Positions 1 through 9,468 are shown, numbered from the stretch's first letter. The stretch is DNA of 64,000 nt from Thermococcus sp. JdFR-02 (GCA_002009975.1 MTLP01000009.1:32001-96000), one strand, 5' to 3'. The notes: generated by a model not told the origin, from the sequence alone. Numbers and translations are program-made.

Positions 1-818
1 ATTATGATATTTTGGTTTTAGCCACTGGAGCAAGGGCAAGAGAGCCAGCGACTAAAGGAAAGGAACATCTAATGACACTTAGGACCTTTGAGGATGCTGA
101 GAGAATAAAGAATATACTTGAAAATGAAGGTGAAGCTGTGATAATTGGTGGGGGTTTTATAGGTCTTGAGCTTGCAGGAAACCTTTCAAAAGTAGGTTAT
201 GAGGTTAAGCTAATTCATAGGAGAGATACTTTTTTAGGGCTTGATGGGGAGTTAAGTAACATTATAATGCAGAAACTGGAAGAGTTTGGTGTTAGATTCT
301 ATTTAAATACCAACCTTGTGAAAGCCGAGGAAAATGGAATTCAAACAGATAAAGGATATATTAAGGGAAAGCTTAAGATATGTGCGTTTGGTATAGTCCC
401 AAATAGAGAACTTGCTGTAAGAAGCGGTATACATGCTGGAAGAGGGATTTTAATAGACGACCAATTTAGAACTTCTGCACAGAATATTTATGCAATAGGT
501 GATTGTGCTGAGTATGGTGGTATTATATGTGGCACTGCTAAAGCATCTATGGAACATGCGCGAGTTTTAGCCAATATATTGAGGGGAAAAATGGATAGTT
601 ATGACTTTAAATTCAGATCAACTATCTTTAAATTTGCAGACCTACCAATAGCAATAATAGGAAATACTAAAGGAGAAGGAGTCTGGATAGGAGACAATGT
701 TAAAGTGTTTGTCGATGAAAACTTTGTTGCTGGTGCGGTTATTTTTGAAGATCTTAGGATGGTAAGCAAATTAGAAAAACTGATCAAGGATAAGATCACT
801 ATTGACCAGCTTAGATAA
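1..818 (+). CDS. NAD(P)H:rubredoxin oxidoreductase (FAD-dependent), 5'-truncated by the window edge
   Basis: [15 protein letters not shown] (NAD-binding) and IYAIGDCA (FAD) motifs; next to rubrerythrin and rubredoxin. Confidence 0.85.
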   Translation, partial: YDILVLATGARAREPATKGKEHLMTLRTFEDAERIKNILENEGEAVIIGGGFIGLELAGNLSKVGYEVKLIHRRDTFLGLDGELSNIIMQKLEEFGVRFYLNTNLVKAEENGIQTDKGYIKGKLKICAFGIVPNRELAVRSGIHAGRGILIDDQFRTSAQNIYAIGDCAEYGGIICGTAKASMEHARVLANILRGKMDSYDFKFRSTIFKFADLPIAIIGNTKGEGVWIGDNVKVFVDENFVAGAVIFEDLRMVSKLEKLIKDKITIDQLR

Positions 819-921
819 TTCTAACATTGATTTAAATACCAAACTTAAAAGTTTAGATATCGGAATTAATGGTTTATAAAATATAGTCCTAGATAGTGGA
901 ACAAAAATCTTTTAAACTCTG

Positions 922-940
922 ACATCGTATTATATGATGT
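922..940. promoter_or_regulatory. Imperfect palindrome just downstream of the rubrerythrin TATA box (candidate repressor site)
   Basis: ACATCGTATTATATGATGT, 16/19 self-complementary, after AAAAATCTTTTAAA. Confidence 0.4.
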
Positions 941-963
941 AATTTCCCATTAGGTGATGGAAA

Positions 964-1479
964 ATGGTTGTTCAAAGGAAAATGACGAAGAAGTTTTTGG
1001 AAGATGCGTATGCAGGAGAAAGTCAAGCCCACATGAGGTATCTAATTTTTGCGGATGTTGCTGAAAAGGAAGGATTTCCAAACATTGCAAAGCTTTTTAG
1101 AGCTATAGCTTTTGCTGAACTTGTTCATGCGAGAAATCACTATGAAGCTCTCGGAAACGTAAAAGACACTGTAGAAAACTTGCAAGTTGCCATTGATGGA
1201 GAGACATTTGAAGTTGAAGAAATGTATCCAGTGTACAACAACACGGCAAAGCTTCAAGGTGAAAATGAAGCTGTTAGGAGCACACATTATGCCTTAGAGG
1301 CTGAAAAGATACATGCTGAGCTTTACAAGAAAGCAAAGGAATTAGCAGAGCAAAAGAAAGATATGGAAGTCAAGAAAGTTTACATATGTCCCGTATGTGG
1401 GTATACCGTTATAGACGAAGCTCCAGAATATTGTCCTGTTTGCGGTGCTCCAAGAGAAAAGTTTGTAGTTTTTGAATGA
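964..1479 (+). CDS. rbr: Rubrerythrin
   Basis: [18 protein letters not shown] diiron motifs plus C-terminal CPVCG...CPVCG rubredoxin-like domain; GGTGA RBS. Confidence 0.96.
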   Translation: MVVQRKMTKKFLEDAYAGESQAHMRYLIFADVAEKEGFPNIAKLFRAIAFAELVHARNHYEALGNVKDTVENLQVAIDGETFEVEEMYPVYNNTAKLQGENEAVRSTHYALEAEKIHAELYKKAKELAEQKKDMEVKKVYICPVCGYTVIDEAPEYCPVCGAPREKFVVFE

Positions 1480-1489
1480 GGTGATAGGA

Positions 1490-1654
1490 ATGGCAAAGTG
1501 GAAGTGCATGGTCTGTGGATACATCTATGACGAGGAGATAGGCGATCCAGAAAACGAAGTTTCTCCAGGCACAAAGTTTGAAGAATTACCAGACAATTGG
1601 GTGTGTCCACTCTGTGGTGCCCCAAAAGATATGTTTGAAAAGATTGAAGATTAG
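1490..1654 (+). CDS. Rubredoxin
   Basis: [14 protein letters not shown]...WVCPLCG; ATG at 1490 after GAGGTGA. Confidence 0.96.
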   Translation: MAKWKCMVCGYIYDEEIGDPENEVSPGTKFEELPDNWVCPLCGAPKDMFEKIED

Positions 1655-1663
1655 GTGGTTTAG

Positions 1664-2038
1664 ATGAAGAAGTTTGGAGAAATAATTTATACTCCCGAAT
1701 CTGAGGAAGATGCCGCATTGGCAAAGAGAGAAACCCACACACCGAAAATCGAAGCACCAGATGTTGTAAAGTCTGGTGAAGCCTTTGAAGTAAAGGTTAG
1801 TGTAGGTCCACATCCAAACACCGTTGAACACTCAATTAGGTGGATTGAAGTCTATTTCTATGAAGAAGGAAGACCTTATAACCCAATACTCCTCTCAAGG
1901 GTTCACTTTGAACCTGGCTATGCAGAACCTAAGGTTGTCTTAACGCTTAAGCTCAAGAAGAGTGGAGTAATTCACGCTCTAGAATACTGTAATTTGCATG
2001 GGCTCTGGGAGAATAGAAAGGAAATTAAGGTTGAGTGA
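1664..2038 (+). CDS. sor: Superoxide reductase (1Fe, neelaredoxin type)
   Basis: ETHTP, HPNTVEH, YCNLHGLWE iron ligands; in operon with rbr and rubredoxin. Confidence 0.9.
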   Translation: MKKFGEIIYTPESEEDAALAKRETHTPKIEAPDVVKSGEAFEVKVSVGPHPNTVEHSIRWIEVYFYEEGRPYNPILLSRVHFEPGYAEPKVVLTLKLKKSGVIHALEYCNLHGLWENRKEIKVE

Positions 2039-2096
2039 TTTTTTTCTTTACCATATCTTTTTTAAACTTTTGAAGTTATATTGGTTAGGTGGTCTT

Positions 2097-2426
2097 ATGA
2101 AAGTTTATGCAAGGGATAAAAAGTATCCACCCGAATATCAGGAAGTTTTAAAGGAGCTTGAAAATATAATTGATCCAATAAGCGGAGACAATATTTTAGA
2201 TGCAAATCTTTTAGCTGGATTGGAAGTTAATGATGACACATTGAAGCTTTGGTTAGCCTTTGAAAGCAACACATGTGATGCTATAATTGGTGGAGTTGCT
2301 GTTTCAAATTCACGCATTATCGGAAATATTATGGAGCGCTTTGCATTAGTTAAATTTCCGAGGGTTTACATTTATGATCTTCACAATAATGTTTTGGCAA
2401 AATTTGAGATGAAGGGTGAAAAATGA
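2097..2426 (+). CDS. DUF59/MIP18-like Fe-S assembly family protein
   Basis: LENIIDPISGDNILD resembles the DUF59 DPE motif; ATG after GGTGG. Confidence 0.6.
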   Translation: MKVYARDKKYPPEYQEVLKELENIIDPISGDNILDANLLAGLEVNDDTLKLWLAFESNTCDAIIGGVAVSNSRIIGNIMERFALVKFPRVYIYDLHNNVLAKFEMKGEK

Positions 2427-2773
2427 AGCTGTTTTTAAGAGGTAAAAAGGAAGAAAAGCCTGAGCATAGGGAATTGCCTCCAGAGGTTAGAAGGGTTGCT
2501 GAGCTATTAAAGAAAGTTAAAGATCCAGAGACTGATTTAAATATAGTTGAGGAGGGGTTAGTTTACGGTCTAACAGTTGAAGGCAAAAAAGCTATGATAT
2601 GGCTCAACTTTGCTCGTTCAACGCCAATATGTAAATTCTGTCAGCCAATAGCTATTACCATCCAGAAGAGGATAGTTAGAGATGTTATTTCAGTTCTTGA
2701 GAAAGAGGGATTTAATGAAGTTGAGATATATAATGAGATAGGGCTCCTGCTTGAAAAATGGGGAAAGGAATAA
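2423..2773 (+). CDS. DUF59/SufT-like metal-sulfur cluster assembly protein
   Basis: VKDPETDLNIVEEGLVY and TPICKFC; ATGA overlap with the upstream gene. Confidence 0.75.
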   Translation: MKLFLRGKKEEKPEHRELPPEVRRVAELLKKVKDPETDLNIVEEGLVYGLTVEGKKAMIWLNFARSTPICKFCQPIAITIQKRIVRDVISVLEKEGFNEVEIYNEIGLLLEKWGKE

Positions 2774-2796
2774 TCCAGAAAACTTGCATTAGTTCT

Positions 2797-3117
2797 TTAT
2801 ATCTCCTCTATATCATCAAGCTCAACCTTTACTCCCGTCATCTCTTCAACTTCTTCAAACCCATCTTTAAGTTCACGAACTTGCTCTGGATCAAGCTCTA
2901 GAAGTAGAGCCATAAACTCGCCAACATGGGCTTTTTCTTCCCTTGCCACATCTAAAAAGACTTTCTTAATTCTCTCATCTTCTGTAAGTCTTGCCATTTG
3001 TTCATAAAGACTTATGGCATCGAGTTCAGCTATAATTGCCAATCTCAAGGCTTCCATAAGCTCTTCCTTAGAATAAGGTTTATCCCTATTGATCAGAGTA
3101 GGGTTTATTGCTAGCAT
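2797..3117 (-). CDS. Encapsulated-ferritin-type (Flp/EncFtn) ferritin-like protein, stand-alone
   Basis: AIIAELDAISLYEQ...AREEKAH; closely resembles the cargo domain fused to Pyrococcus encapsulin (recalled, not aligned). Confidence 0.85.
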   Translation of the reverse strand: MLAINPTLINRDKPYSKEELMEALRLAIIAELDAISLYEQMARLTEDERIKKVFLDVAREEKAHVGEFMALLLELDPEQVRELKDGFEEVEEMTGVKVELDDIEEI

Positions 3118-3192
3118 AAAATCACCATTAAATGTTCAACTTTCGACCTAATAAAGTTTGCTAATCAAAAAATAAAACTTACTTTTAAAACC

Positions 3193-3669
3193 TTAGTCAA
3201 CTTCTAAGCTAAAATCCTGATAATCCATCCAAATACCAGTTTTTGAAACAGAATCATACTGTGCTTTAAGCAAATTATAATGGGCTTCTTCAACTTTAGC
3301 TAATTCCCTGAAAATCCTCTTTACTTTTTCATCTTCCACATCTTCCGATGCTTTTTCATAAAATTCCCAAGTTAGCTTTTCTTGTTGCATTCCAATTTCT
3401 ACTGCTTTTATTTCACTGATCTCACCTTCAAACTTTGGGGTGAGCTTTTCAACTATTTCTTTATTCATTTCCGGCTTTTTACCAAGTTCTGCAACCTTCT
3501 CTATTAGCTTTTTTTCAAATTCGTCCCAGTGACCTGCTTCTTCATTTGCCAAGAAGAGGAACATTTTCTTTGCTCTTTCATCTCTTGTCTTCTTTGCAGC
3601 TTCAATGTAAAACCTTAGCTCTGCTTTTTCCACCTCCAAGGCTGTTGCTAAAATTTTGAGTTCTTTCAT
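3193..3669 (-). CDS. Ferritin-like/rubrerythrin diiron domain protein
   Basis: Duplicated E..Y...ExxH pattern (EEAGH, EEAH). Confidence 0.85.
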   Translation of the reverse strand: MKELKILATALEVEKAELRFYIEAAKKTRDERAKKMFLFLANEEAGHWDEFEKKLIEKVAELGKKPEMNKEIVEKLTPKFEGEISEIKAVEIGMQQEKLTWEFYEKASEDVEDEKVKRIFRELAKVEEAHYNLLKAQYDSVSKTGIWMDYQDFSLEVD

Positions 3670-3762
3670 ATTATCACCAAATTAATCTTTGGTTTTAAGA
3701 TAGAAATCCTTTTTGGAAGCAATGGATTTAAAGTGGAAGGATCAAATTTTAACGGTGTTGTC

Positions 3763-4551
3763 ATGAGTCTTGATAGGTTCATTGGAATTAAACCAAAGAA
3801 AGATGAAGGGAAAATTGAAGTTCTAAAAAATCTCCTCAAAGACATTGGTATTGAAGGAGCACGCATTATAGAGGAAAAGGTTGACCAACAGTTTAAGGCA
3901 TTAGAGTATCTGCATAAAAACTTACAAAATAATGAACTTTTCATAAAACTCGTAATTGCAAATGCTTTAGTCAGCTATCAGCTTTCATCAACTGGTGAAA
4001 ATTGGTGGTGGGAGTTTTCAGAATATTTCTCAAAAAAGAGGAAAATCAGCATATATCAAGCTTACAAAGAATTTTTGCCGAGTTCAAAAACAAATAAAAG
4101 ATTAGTTAATGTAAAGTTAAGTCGTCTGGAGAAGGTTAACTCCTTTCTGGAGGGCTTGACTTTAGATGAATTGAAAGCTTATTATCAAAACATGCTTAAA
4201 TTGAACCTTGATCTTGCAAATATTTTGAATGCTGACAAACGTGCTAAAACAATAGTTTTTGCTGTAAAAATGTTTGGCTATGCTTCGAGGATAGTCTTTG
4301 ATGATTTTATCCCATATCCAATGGAGATAGCCATTCCAAAGGATGTTAGGATTAGCAACTATACAAAACGCTTTACGAGTGAAGATCCAACGGGTTTTTG
4401 GAATATGATTGCAAGGGATGTTAAAATTCCTCCTCTTCACATAGATTCGATACTTTGGACTGCATTGGGAAGAGATGAGAGGATTAAGCGTGATTTGAAA
4501 ATATATTTGGGTGAAAAAGCTGAAAAAGTCTTAAAGCTTGTAAATTTATAG
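3763..4551 (+). CDS. Archaeal 8-oxoguanine N-glycosylase/DNA lyase (AGOG)
   Basis: NALVSYQLS, KTIVFAVKMFGYA, IPKDVRI, PPLHIDSILW motifs. Confidence 0.9.
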   Translation: MSLDRFIGIKPKKDEGKIEVLKNLLKDIGIEGARIIEEKVDQQFKALEYLHKNLQNNELFIKLVIANALVSYQLSSTGENWWWEFSEYFSKKRKISIYQAYKEFLPSSKTNKRLVNVKLSRLEKVNSFLEGLTLDELKAYYQNMLKLNLDLANILNADKRAKTIVFAVKMFGYASRIVFDDFIPYPMEIAIPKDVRISNYTKRFTSEDPTGFWNMIARDVKIPPLHIDSILWTALGRDERIKRDLKIYLGEKAEKVLKLVNL

Positions 4552-4562
4552 GTGGTGGTTTT

Positions 4563-5102
4563 ATGAAGATTGAAAGGATTCAATACCCACCATCCTTAAA
4601 GGATGAGCTTTTAAGATTCGTTTTTAGGGTTTATCAGGGTACTAATGGAGCATATCCAGCTTTAGAATGGGTTGAGAAAAAGCCAAGCATCGATGACTTT
4701 GAAGGATTTAAAAGGGTTTATGAACCTTTTTTAGAATTCAGGCTTGGAAAAGAATTTGATGAGCTCTATGTAGGATATGAGGAGAAAATTATTGGGACAA
4801 TAGCTTTGGTTTATAAATTCGAAGGAAAGGATATTTACTGGGTTCCAGAGGAGCTTAAAAATGAGAAAGTTGGTTTAATTGAGTTCTTCATGGTCGATCC
4901 ACTCTATAAGGGGAGGGGTTATGGTTCAAAGCTTTTGGATTTTGCAATTAAAAGGCTTGGAGAATTAAACAGAGAAGCATATTTGATAACGTTCAAGCAT
5001 TTGGAAGCCTATCAATACTATTTAAGGAAAGGTTTTGAGGAGGTAATGGAGTATAAAGAATTTGTTGTCCTAAAATTCAAAAAAAGGAAGCTCAAAAATT
5101 GA
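4563..5102 (+). CDS. GNAT family N-acetyltransferase
   Basis: VDPLYKGRGYGSKLL motif A and YYLRKGF. Confidence 0.88.
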   Translation: MKIERIQYPPSLKDELLRFVFRVYQGTNGAYPALEWVEKKPSIDDFEGFKRVYEPFLEFRLGKEFDELYVGYEEKIIGTIALVYKFEGKDIYWVPEELKNEKVGLIEFFMVDPLYKGRGYGSKLLDFAIKRLGELNREAYLITFKHLEAYQYYLRKGFEEVMEYKEFVVLKFKKRKLKN

Positions 5103-5616
5103 AGTTTATTTCTTTCATTAATTGTTCATAAAATTCCTCTTTATAGACATCTGGATATTGCATTATATACTCATATTGCTTCTTTAGGATATTGTAGTGA
5201 TTGACTTCCATATCTGCAAGCATGTTGAGGAGGAGTTTTGTTTCTTCATTTGCGGCGAATTGAGATAACTCTCTATACAAAGTTTCACTTGCTTTTTCAG
5301 CTTGCATGGCTATTTCATAAACTTCATCAAGGTTTAAATCCTGTTTACTAACTACTTCTGCCATTTTCTCTGTTATAACCTTAAATTCACCCATCGCTTT
5401 TAATTCAATCATCACTGGTTCTCTTTCTCTACTTCCAAACCTTTCCATCATTCTTTTAATTATTTGTTTATGTTTATCCTCTTCTTTAGCCAGAAATAGA
5501 AGCTCATCTCTTATAATATCACTTTTTGTCAAAGAAGCCATTTTTTCATAAGCTTCTTTTGTTCTGATCTCGGCATTTAGGGCAATATCAAAAACTTCAG
5601 CATCAGAGATTTTCAT
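5092..5616 (-). CDS. Ferritin-like/rubrerythrin family protein
   Basis: EEDKH and EVNH in a duplicated helix-pair pattern. Confidence 0.85.
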   Translation of the reverse strand: MKISDAEVFDIALNAEIRTKEAYEKMASLTKSDIIRDELLFLAKEEDKHKQIIKRMMERFGSREREPVMIELKAMGEFKVITEKMAEVVSKQDLNLDEVYEIAMQAEKASETLYRELSQFAANEETKLLLNMLADMEVNHYNILKKQYEYIMQYPDVYKEEFYEQLMKEINFNF

Positions 5617-5836
5617 ACCAGTCACCATAGTTTTATATTAACTTAGACATATTAATATTTTTGGGAATAGCAGTTGTATTTGTAAGTTCCAGAGTGCTGC
5701 ATTTCTGTTTTTAGAGATTTTTTGGTTTTTTGAGACTTCATTCAATGTTTGCATGTTTCCCAGAAAAGGTTATATATTGAAATATTTCTATTTGAAATGT
5801 TAGAGAACAATAATGTATTTCAAGGAGAGTGATATT

Positions 5837-6541
5837 ATGACCCGTATTTCTACGGGAATAGAAGGTTTGGACAAGATGCTTAAAGGTGGTTTAATCCCTG
5901 GGAGGTCTTACCTTATAAAGGGCGGTCCTGGAACCGGTAAGACCACCTTAGCTATTCACTTCTTAATGGAAGGTATAAAAAATGGTGAAAAAGTGCTGTA
6001 TATAACCCTTGAAGAGCCATTGGATATCCTCAAGCAAGATATGAAAAAGCTGGGCTTTGATATTGATAATCCCCTTTTCATGGGAATTGATGCAACACCA
6101 GTTGGAGAGAGAACGCATATATTTGAAGGAACTCACTATGAAGAATTCGCAAAAAGTTTTGGCGAGCTTGTAAAAGCTATAAAGGAGAGGCTGGATACTG
6201 AGAAGTTTACAAGAGTTGTTATAGATCCGATAACTATGGTAAAGTTGACGATAGAGAACAAGCTTGAATATAGGCGGACGTTTATAGGCTTTTTAAAGGA
6301 TCTTGCAAAGTATAATGTTACGCTACTCATAACTTCCGAGCTTCATGAGACTGATCTTGAAGATTACTTAGTTAGCGGGGTAATAGAACTCAAAACGTAT
6401 GAAATTGCAGGAAAGGTTGTTAGGGGGATTAAAATCTTAAAATTTAGAGGGAGCTCATTTGATGAGCAGATAAGACCTTACAGGCTTACAGATAAAGGTA
6501 TTGAAATTTATAGTGAGGAGAATATATTTGTTGGGGATTAA
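5837..6541 (+). CDS. KaiC/RAD55-like RecA-superfamily ATPase
   Basis: STGIEGLDKML, Walker A GGPGTGKT, ITLEE, VVID, KFRGS. Confidence 0.92.
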   Translation: MTRISTGIEGLDKMLKGGLIPGRSYLIKGGPGTGKTTLAIHFLMEGIKNGEKVLYITLEEPLDILKQDMKKLGFDIDNPLFMGIDATPVGERTHIFEGTHYEEFAKSFGELVKAIKERLDTEKFTRVVIDPITMVKLTIENKLEYRRTFIGFLKDLAKYNVTLLITSELHETDLEDYLVSGVIELKTYEIAGKVVRGIKILKFRGSSFDEQIRPYRLTDKGIEIYSEENIFVGD

Positions 6542-6543
6542 GG

Positions 6544-7146
6544 ATGGAGATTGGGATCCCAAAGCTTGATGAGCTGCTTGGGGAAATTGAGGAGGGCAAT
6601 ATTCTTTTACTCGAAACTATTGGAACTTTGGGGGAGGAAATAGTCCTTGAAATGCTAAAGAAAAATAAAGAAAATGCTGTCGCTTTTGTGACAAAGAAGA
6701 TGCGTGATGAATTCAAGAAAATTCCAGAGCTGGCTAATGTAAAATTAATAGTGCTTGGAGAAGACGTATTTCCAGAGGAACTTTATGCTATCTCCTTTAA
6801 ACTTAGAAATCTATTTGAAGGAGCTCACGTTGGATTTTTCCTTTTACACCCCCTTTTAGTTTTTCACCCTCCTACCACTGTTTACAAGTTCTTTTCGGAG
6901 ATTGCTTCAATAGTTCAGGAAAAGAAAGTAGTGCTAACTGCAATCATTGATAAGCGTCTTGTGGATGAGAGAACCCTTGCAATGTTTGAGAATTTAGCTA
7001 CATATGTCATTGATATTGTAGAGCTCATTCAAGGATTTAAGATCACAAGAGGATTAAGAATTAAAAAGTCTCCAAAAGGGAATACTGGATTTTATAAATT
7101 TGAGATTAGAGACGGGAAGATTGTTATAGGTGAGTTAATTGGATGA
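6544..7146 (+). CDS. Inactivated KaiC-like ATPase paralog
   Basis: GIPKLDELLG N-terminus and RGLRIKKS C-terminus of the KaiC fold, but no GKT. Confidence 0.75.
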   Translation: MEIGIPKLDELLGEIEEGNILLLETIGTLGEEIVLEMLKKNKENAVAFVTKKMRDEFKKIPELANVKLIVLGEDVFPEELYAISFKLRNLFEGAHVGFFLLHPLLVFHPPTTVYKFFSEIASIVQEKKVVLTAIIDKRLVDERTLAMFENLATYVIDIVELIQGFKITRGLRIKKSPKGNTGFYKFEIRDGKIVIGELIG

Positions 7147-7768
7147 ATTTATGTATGTGGTTGTGCTCCTGCAGTTTGTGTTTCTGATAGGATTAGTTTA
7201 TACTCTCCGCATTGAGTTTATTTTGAATAGATACAGCAAGAAAGTGAAAATATTTGCCATTCTGCAGACTATTGGAAGCTGTCTACTGATTGTTGGGATT
7301 TTGGGTTATACCTCAATCACGTATCTGAGTCTTTTCTCTGCAAATAAGCTTTTCTTTATTCTCCTAACGTATATGGGAGCTGCAATTATGATGATACCGT
7401 GTAAATTCTTAAAGCTATTTAAAATAGACAAAGAATTTGTAGCTCAACTTGCTGTAATATTGGTGTTTATGATTTATGCATTCCTTGTTGGTACATCTTA
7501 CAGCGATATTTTCCTTGGAGCAATTGGTATCATTATAATATCCCTGATAAGATCCCTTATCTCAATACGTGCCTTATCAATATTTTTAAAAACTGCTCTT
7601 AGGTTAGCTTCTTGGTTGATAGTTGTTCAAACTTGGGTAAATCCATTAATTCCTGAGACTCCAGTTACATGTGAGCATTTTCTTGCCCTCTTCACTTATT
7701 TTATGAGTCTTCTTTTTTGGCAATACTCTGCAATTAGAATTCACAAGTGCATAAGGGGGTGGATGTGA
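7139..7768 (+). CDS. Polytopic membrane protein (putative sensor)
   Basis: About 7 hydrophobic segments; overlaps upstream gene. Confidence 0.7.
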   Translation: MDEFMYVVVLLQFVFLIGLVYTLRIEFILNRYSKKVKIFAILQTIGSCLLIVGILGYTSITYLSLFSANKLFFILLTYMGAAIMMIPCKFLKLFKIDKEFVAQLAVILVFMIYAFLVGTSYSDIFLGAIGIIIISLIRSLISIRALSIFLKTALRLASWLIVVQTWVNPLIPETPVTCEHFLALFTYFMSLLFWQYSAIRIHKCIRGWM

Positions 7769-8358
7769 TGGGATGTTATTCTATTCATGATATCGCTGAC
7801 TTAATCTTTGGTGTTTTTATTCTCATGTGGTACTATTATAACAGAAAAATCGGAAGAAATATCTGGATAGCATTGATTGCTGGATTAATTTTCATTTTAA
7901 CATCACTTTTTTATAATTTTCTTGCTGAATACATCGTCGATATATTGGAATTTTCTGGCTCAGTCCTTTTCCTCTTTCTCTTTGCAAGATTTTTTGAAGA
8001 AACTATCACAGGAGGAAATATTATTAAAGAGGCAGTTGGGGTTTTAGTTATAGCGTTTCTCCTTTTTCTATTTGCCTACATGAAAGGTGTGCAAGGAGCA
8101 TACACTCTTGTACAAGCTGTCATTTTAACATGGATAGGACTTAAACTCTTTAGGAATATTGAGAGGTTTGATATGGGGGACAGAGCGATTTTGTCGCTTA
8201 TAATAACATTTTCTGTATCAAGTGGGGTGTCAAGGATTTTGGATTTGCTAATTCTAAGTGATTTCTTTTATTTTGGTGCAGTATTTCTTTTATTGCTCTC
8301 TATTAGTGAAAAGATGTACATTTCAATGCCGAGGCCTTCTAACTTTTTTAAACGTTAA
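7768..8358 (+). CDS. Polytopic membrane protein (putative sensor)
   Basis: About 7 hydrophobic segments; TGATG coupling with upstream gene. Confidence 0.7.
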   Translation: MGCYSIHDIADLIFGVFILMWYYYNRKIGRNIWIALIAGLIFILTSLFYNFLAEYIVDILEFSGSVLFLFLFARFFEETITGGNIIKEAVGVLVIAFLLFLFAYMKGVQGAYTLVQAVILTWIGLKLFRNIERFDMGDRAILSLIITFSVSSGVSRILDLLILSDFFYFGAVFLLLLSISEKMYISMPRPSNFFKR

Positions 8359-8390
8359 TCTTAATTACCTAGAACATATTACTTTGTTTC

Positions 8391-8636
8391 ATGAACATTT
8401 TCATTCCTCTAATCGTTGGTGTAGTAACAGGCTATATATTCAGGGAAAAGCTAAAATACAACTTGGATAAACCCATGAGTGCAACTCTTCTATTCCTTAT
8501 ATTCTTCATGGGAGTAGAGGCTGGAAGAGTTGAGATAAAAGCCATGTCTCTCTTTGTAACCTCTATCATATTTGCCTTTTTCACAATATTGGGGAGCTTG
8601 CTTTTTTCTTTACTTTTGGGAGGGAAGCTAAGATGA
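8391..8636 (+). CDS. Small membrane protein, N-terminal partner of a LysO/DUF340 exporter
   Basis: 3 TM; LLFLIFFMG resembles LLIFIIG of the next gene. Confidence 0.7.
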   Translation: MNIFIPLIVGVVTGYIFREKLKYNLDKPMSATLLFLIFFMGVEAGRVEIKAMSLFVTSIIFAFFTILGSLLFSLLLGGKLR

Positions 8637-9217
8637 ACTTTCTTTATTTGGTTTTGATTTCACTTTTTGCAGGACTTTTAGTTGGCAAATACACATCCTA
8701 TGAATTTGGGGATTTGGCATTGTTAATGCTCTATCTCTTAATCTTCATAATTGGATTGGAGATAGGTAAAAGCAGAGGAGTGAAAAGAGAGATTAAGAAG
8801 CTTGGTAAAATAGCTTTGATCTTACCATTGGCAACCATCATTGGCTCTTTGCTTGGAGGAGCTTTTGCCTCTTTTTTACTTAGATTTCCATTGAAATGGG
8901 GAATAGCAGTTTCAGCGGGTTTTGGGTGGTACAGCTTAACGGGACCATTATTAGCAGCATTTTCGCCTATTTATGGTGTGATTGGATTTTTAGCTAACCT
9001 AACAAGGGAGATATTTACGATAATATTCTATCCTCTTGTTATAAAGAGGGTTCCAAAGGAATTGGCAGTTTCTATGGGTGGAGCAACAACTATGGATTCC
9101 ACTTTGCCAGTTTTAGTAAAGTTTGGAGGCAAAGAGATAACGATAATTGCCTTTATTCATGGATTCATTTTAACAGCTATAGCACCATTTTTAATATCAT
9201 TAATTGCACAGCTTTGA
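8633..9217 (+). CDS. LysO (DUF340) family exporter
   Basis: SAGFGWYSLTG, NLTRE, GGATTMDSTLP signature. Confidence 0.9.
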   Translation: MNFLYLVLISLFAGLLVGKYTSYEFGDLALLMLYLLIFIIGLEIGKSRGVKREIKKLGKIALILPLATIIGSLLGGAFASFLLRFPLKWGIAVSAGFGWYSLTGPLLAAFSPIYGVIGFLANLTREIFTIIFYPLVIKRVPKELAVSMGGATTMDSTLPVLVKFGGKEITIIAFIHGFILTAIAPFLISLIAQL

Positions 9218-9288
9218 CAAGATGGAAACCATTAAATTTATAAATTCGAACATTTTAGTTTTATTTACAAACTATTGGAGGTGTTTGT

Positions 9289-9468
9289 ATGGATAATGAA
9301 GAATTGGTTTTGGAGGCTATGAAAAAAGCCGGAAAGCCTTTGAGGAGTAAAGAAATAGCGGAACTTACGGGTTTACCAAAGAAGGAAGTTGATAAAATAA
9401 TCAAGGTTCTTAAAAAAGAGGGCAAGATATCATCACCAAAGAGATGCTACTATGCTCCTGTGGAGTGA
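9289..9468 (+). CDS. 59-aa winged-HTH protein (not in ORF track)
   Basis: GGAGGTG RBS, then MDNEELVLEAMKKAGKPLRSKEIAELTGLPKKEVDKIIKVLKKEGKISSPKRCYYAPVE*. Confidence 0.88.
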   Translation: MDNEELVLEAMKKAGKPLRSKEIAELTGLPKKEVDKIIKVLKKEGKISSPKRCYYAPVE

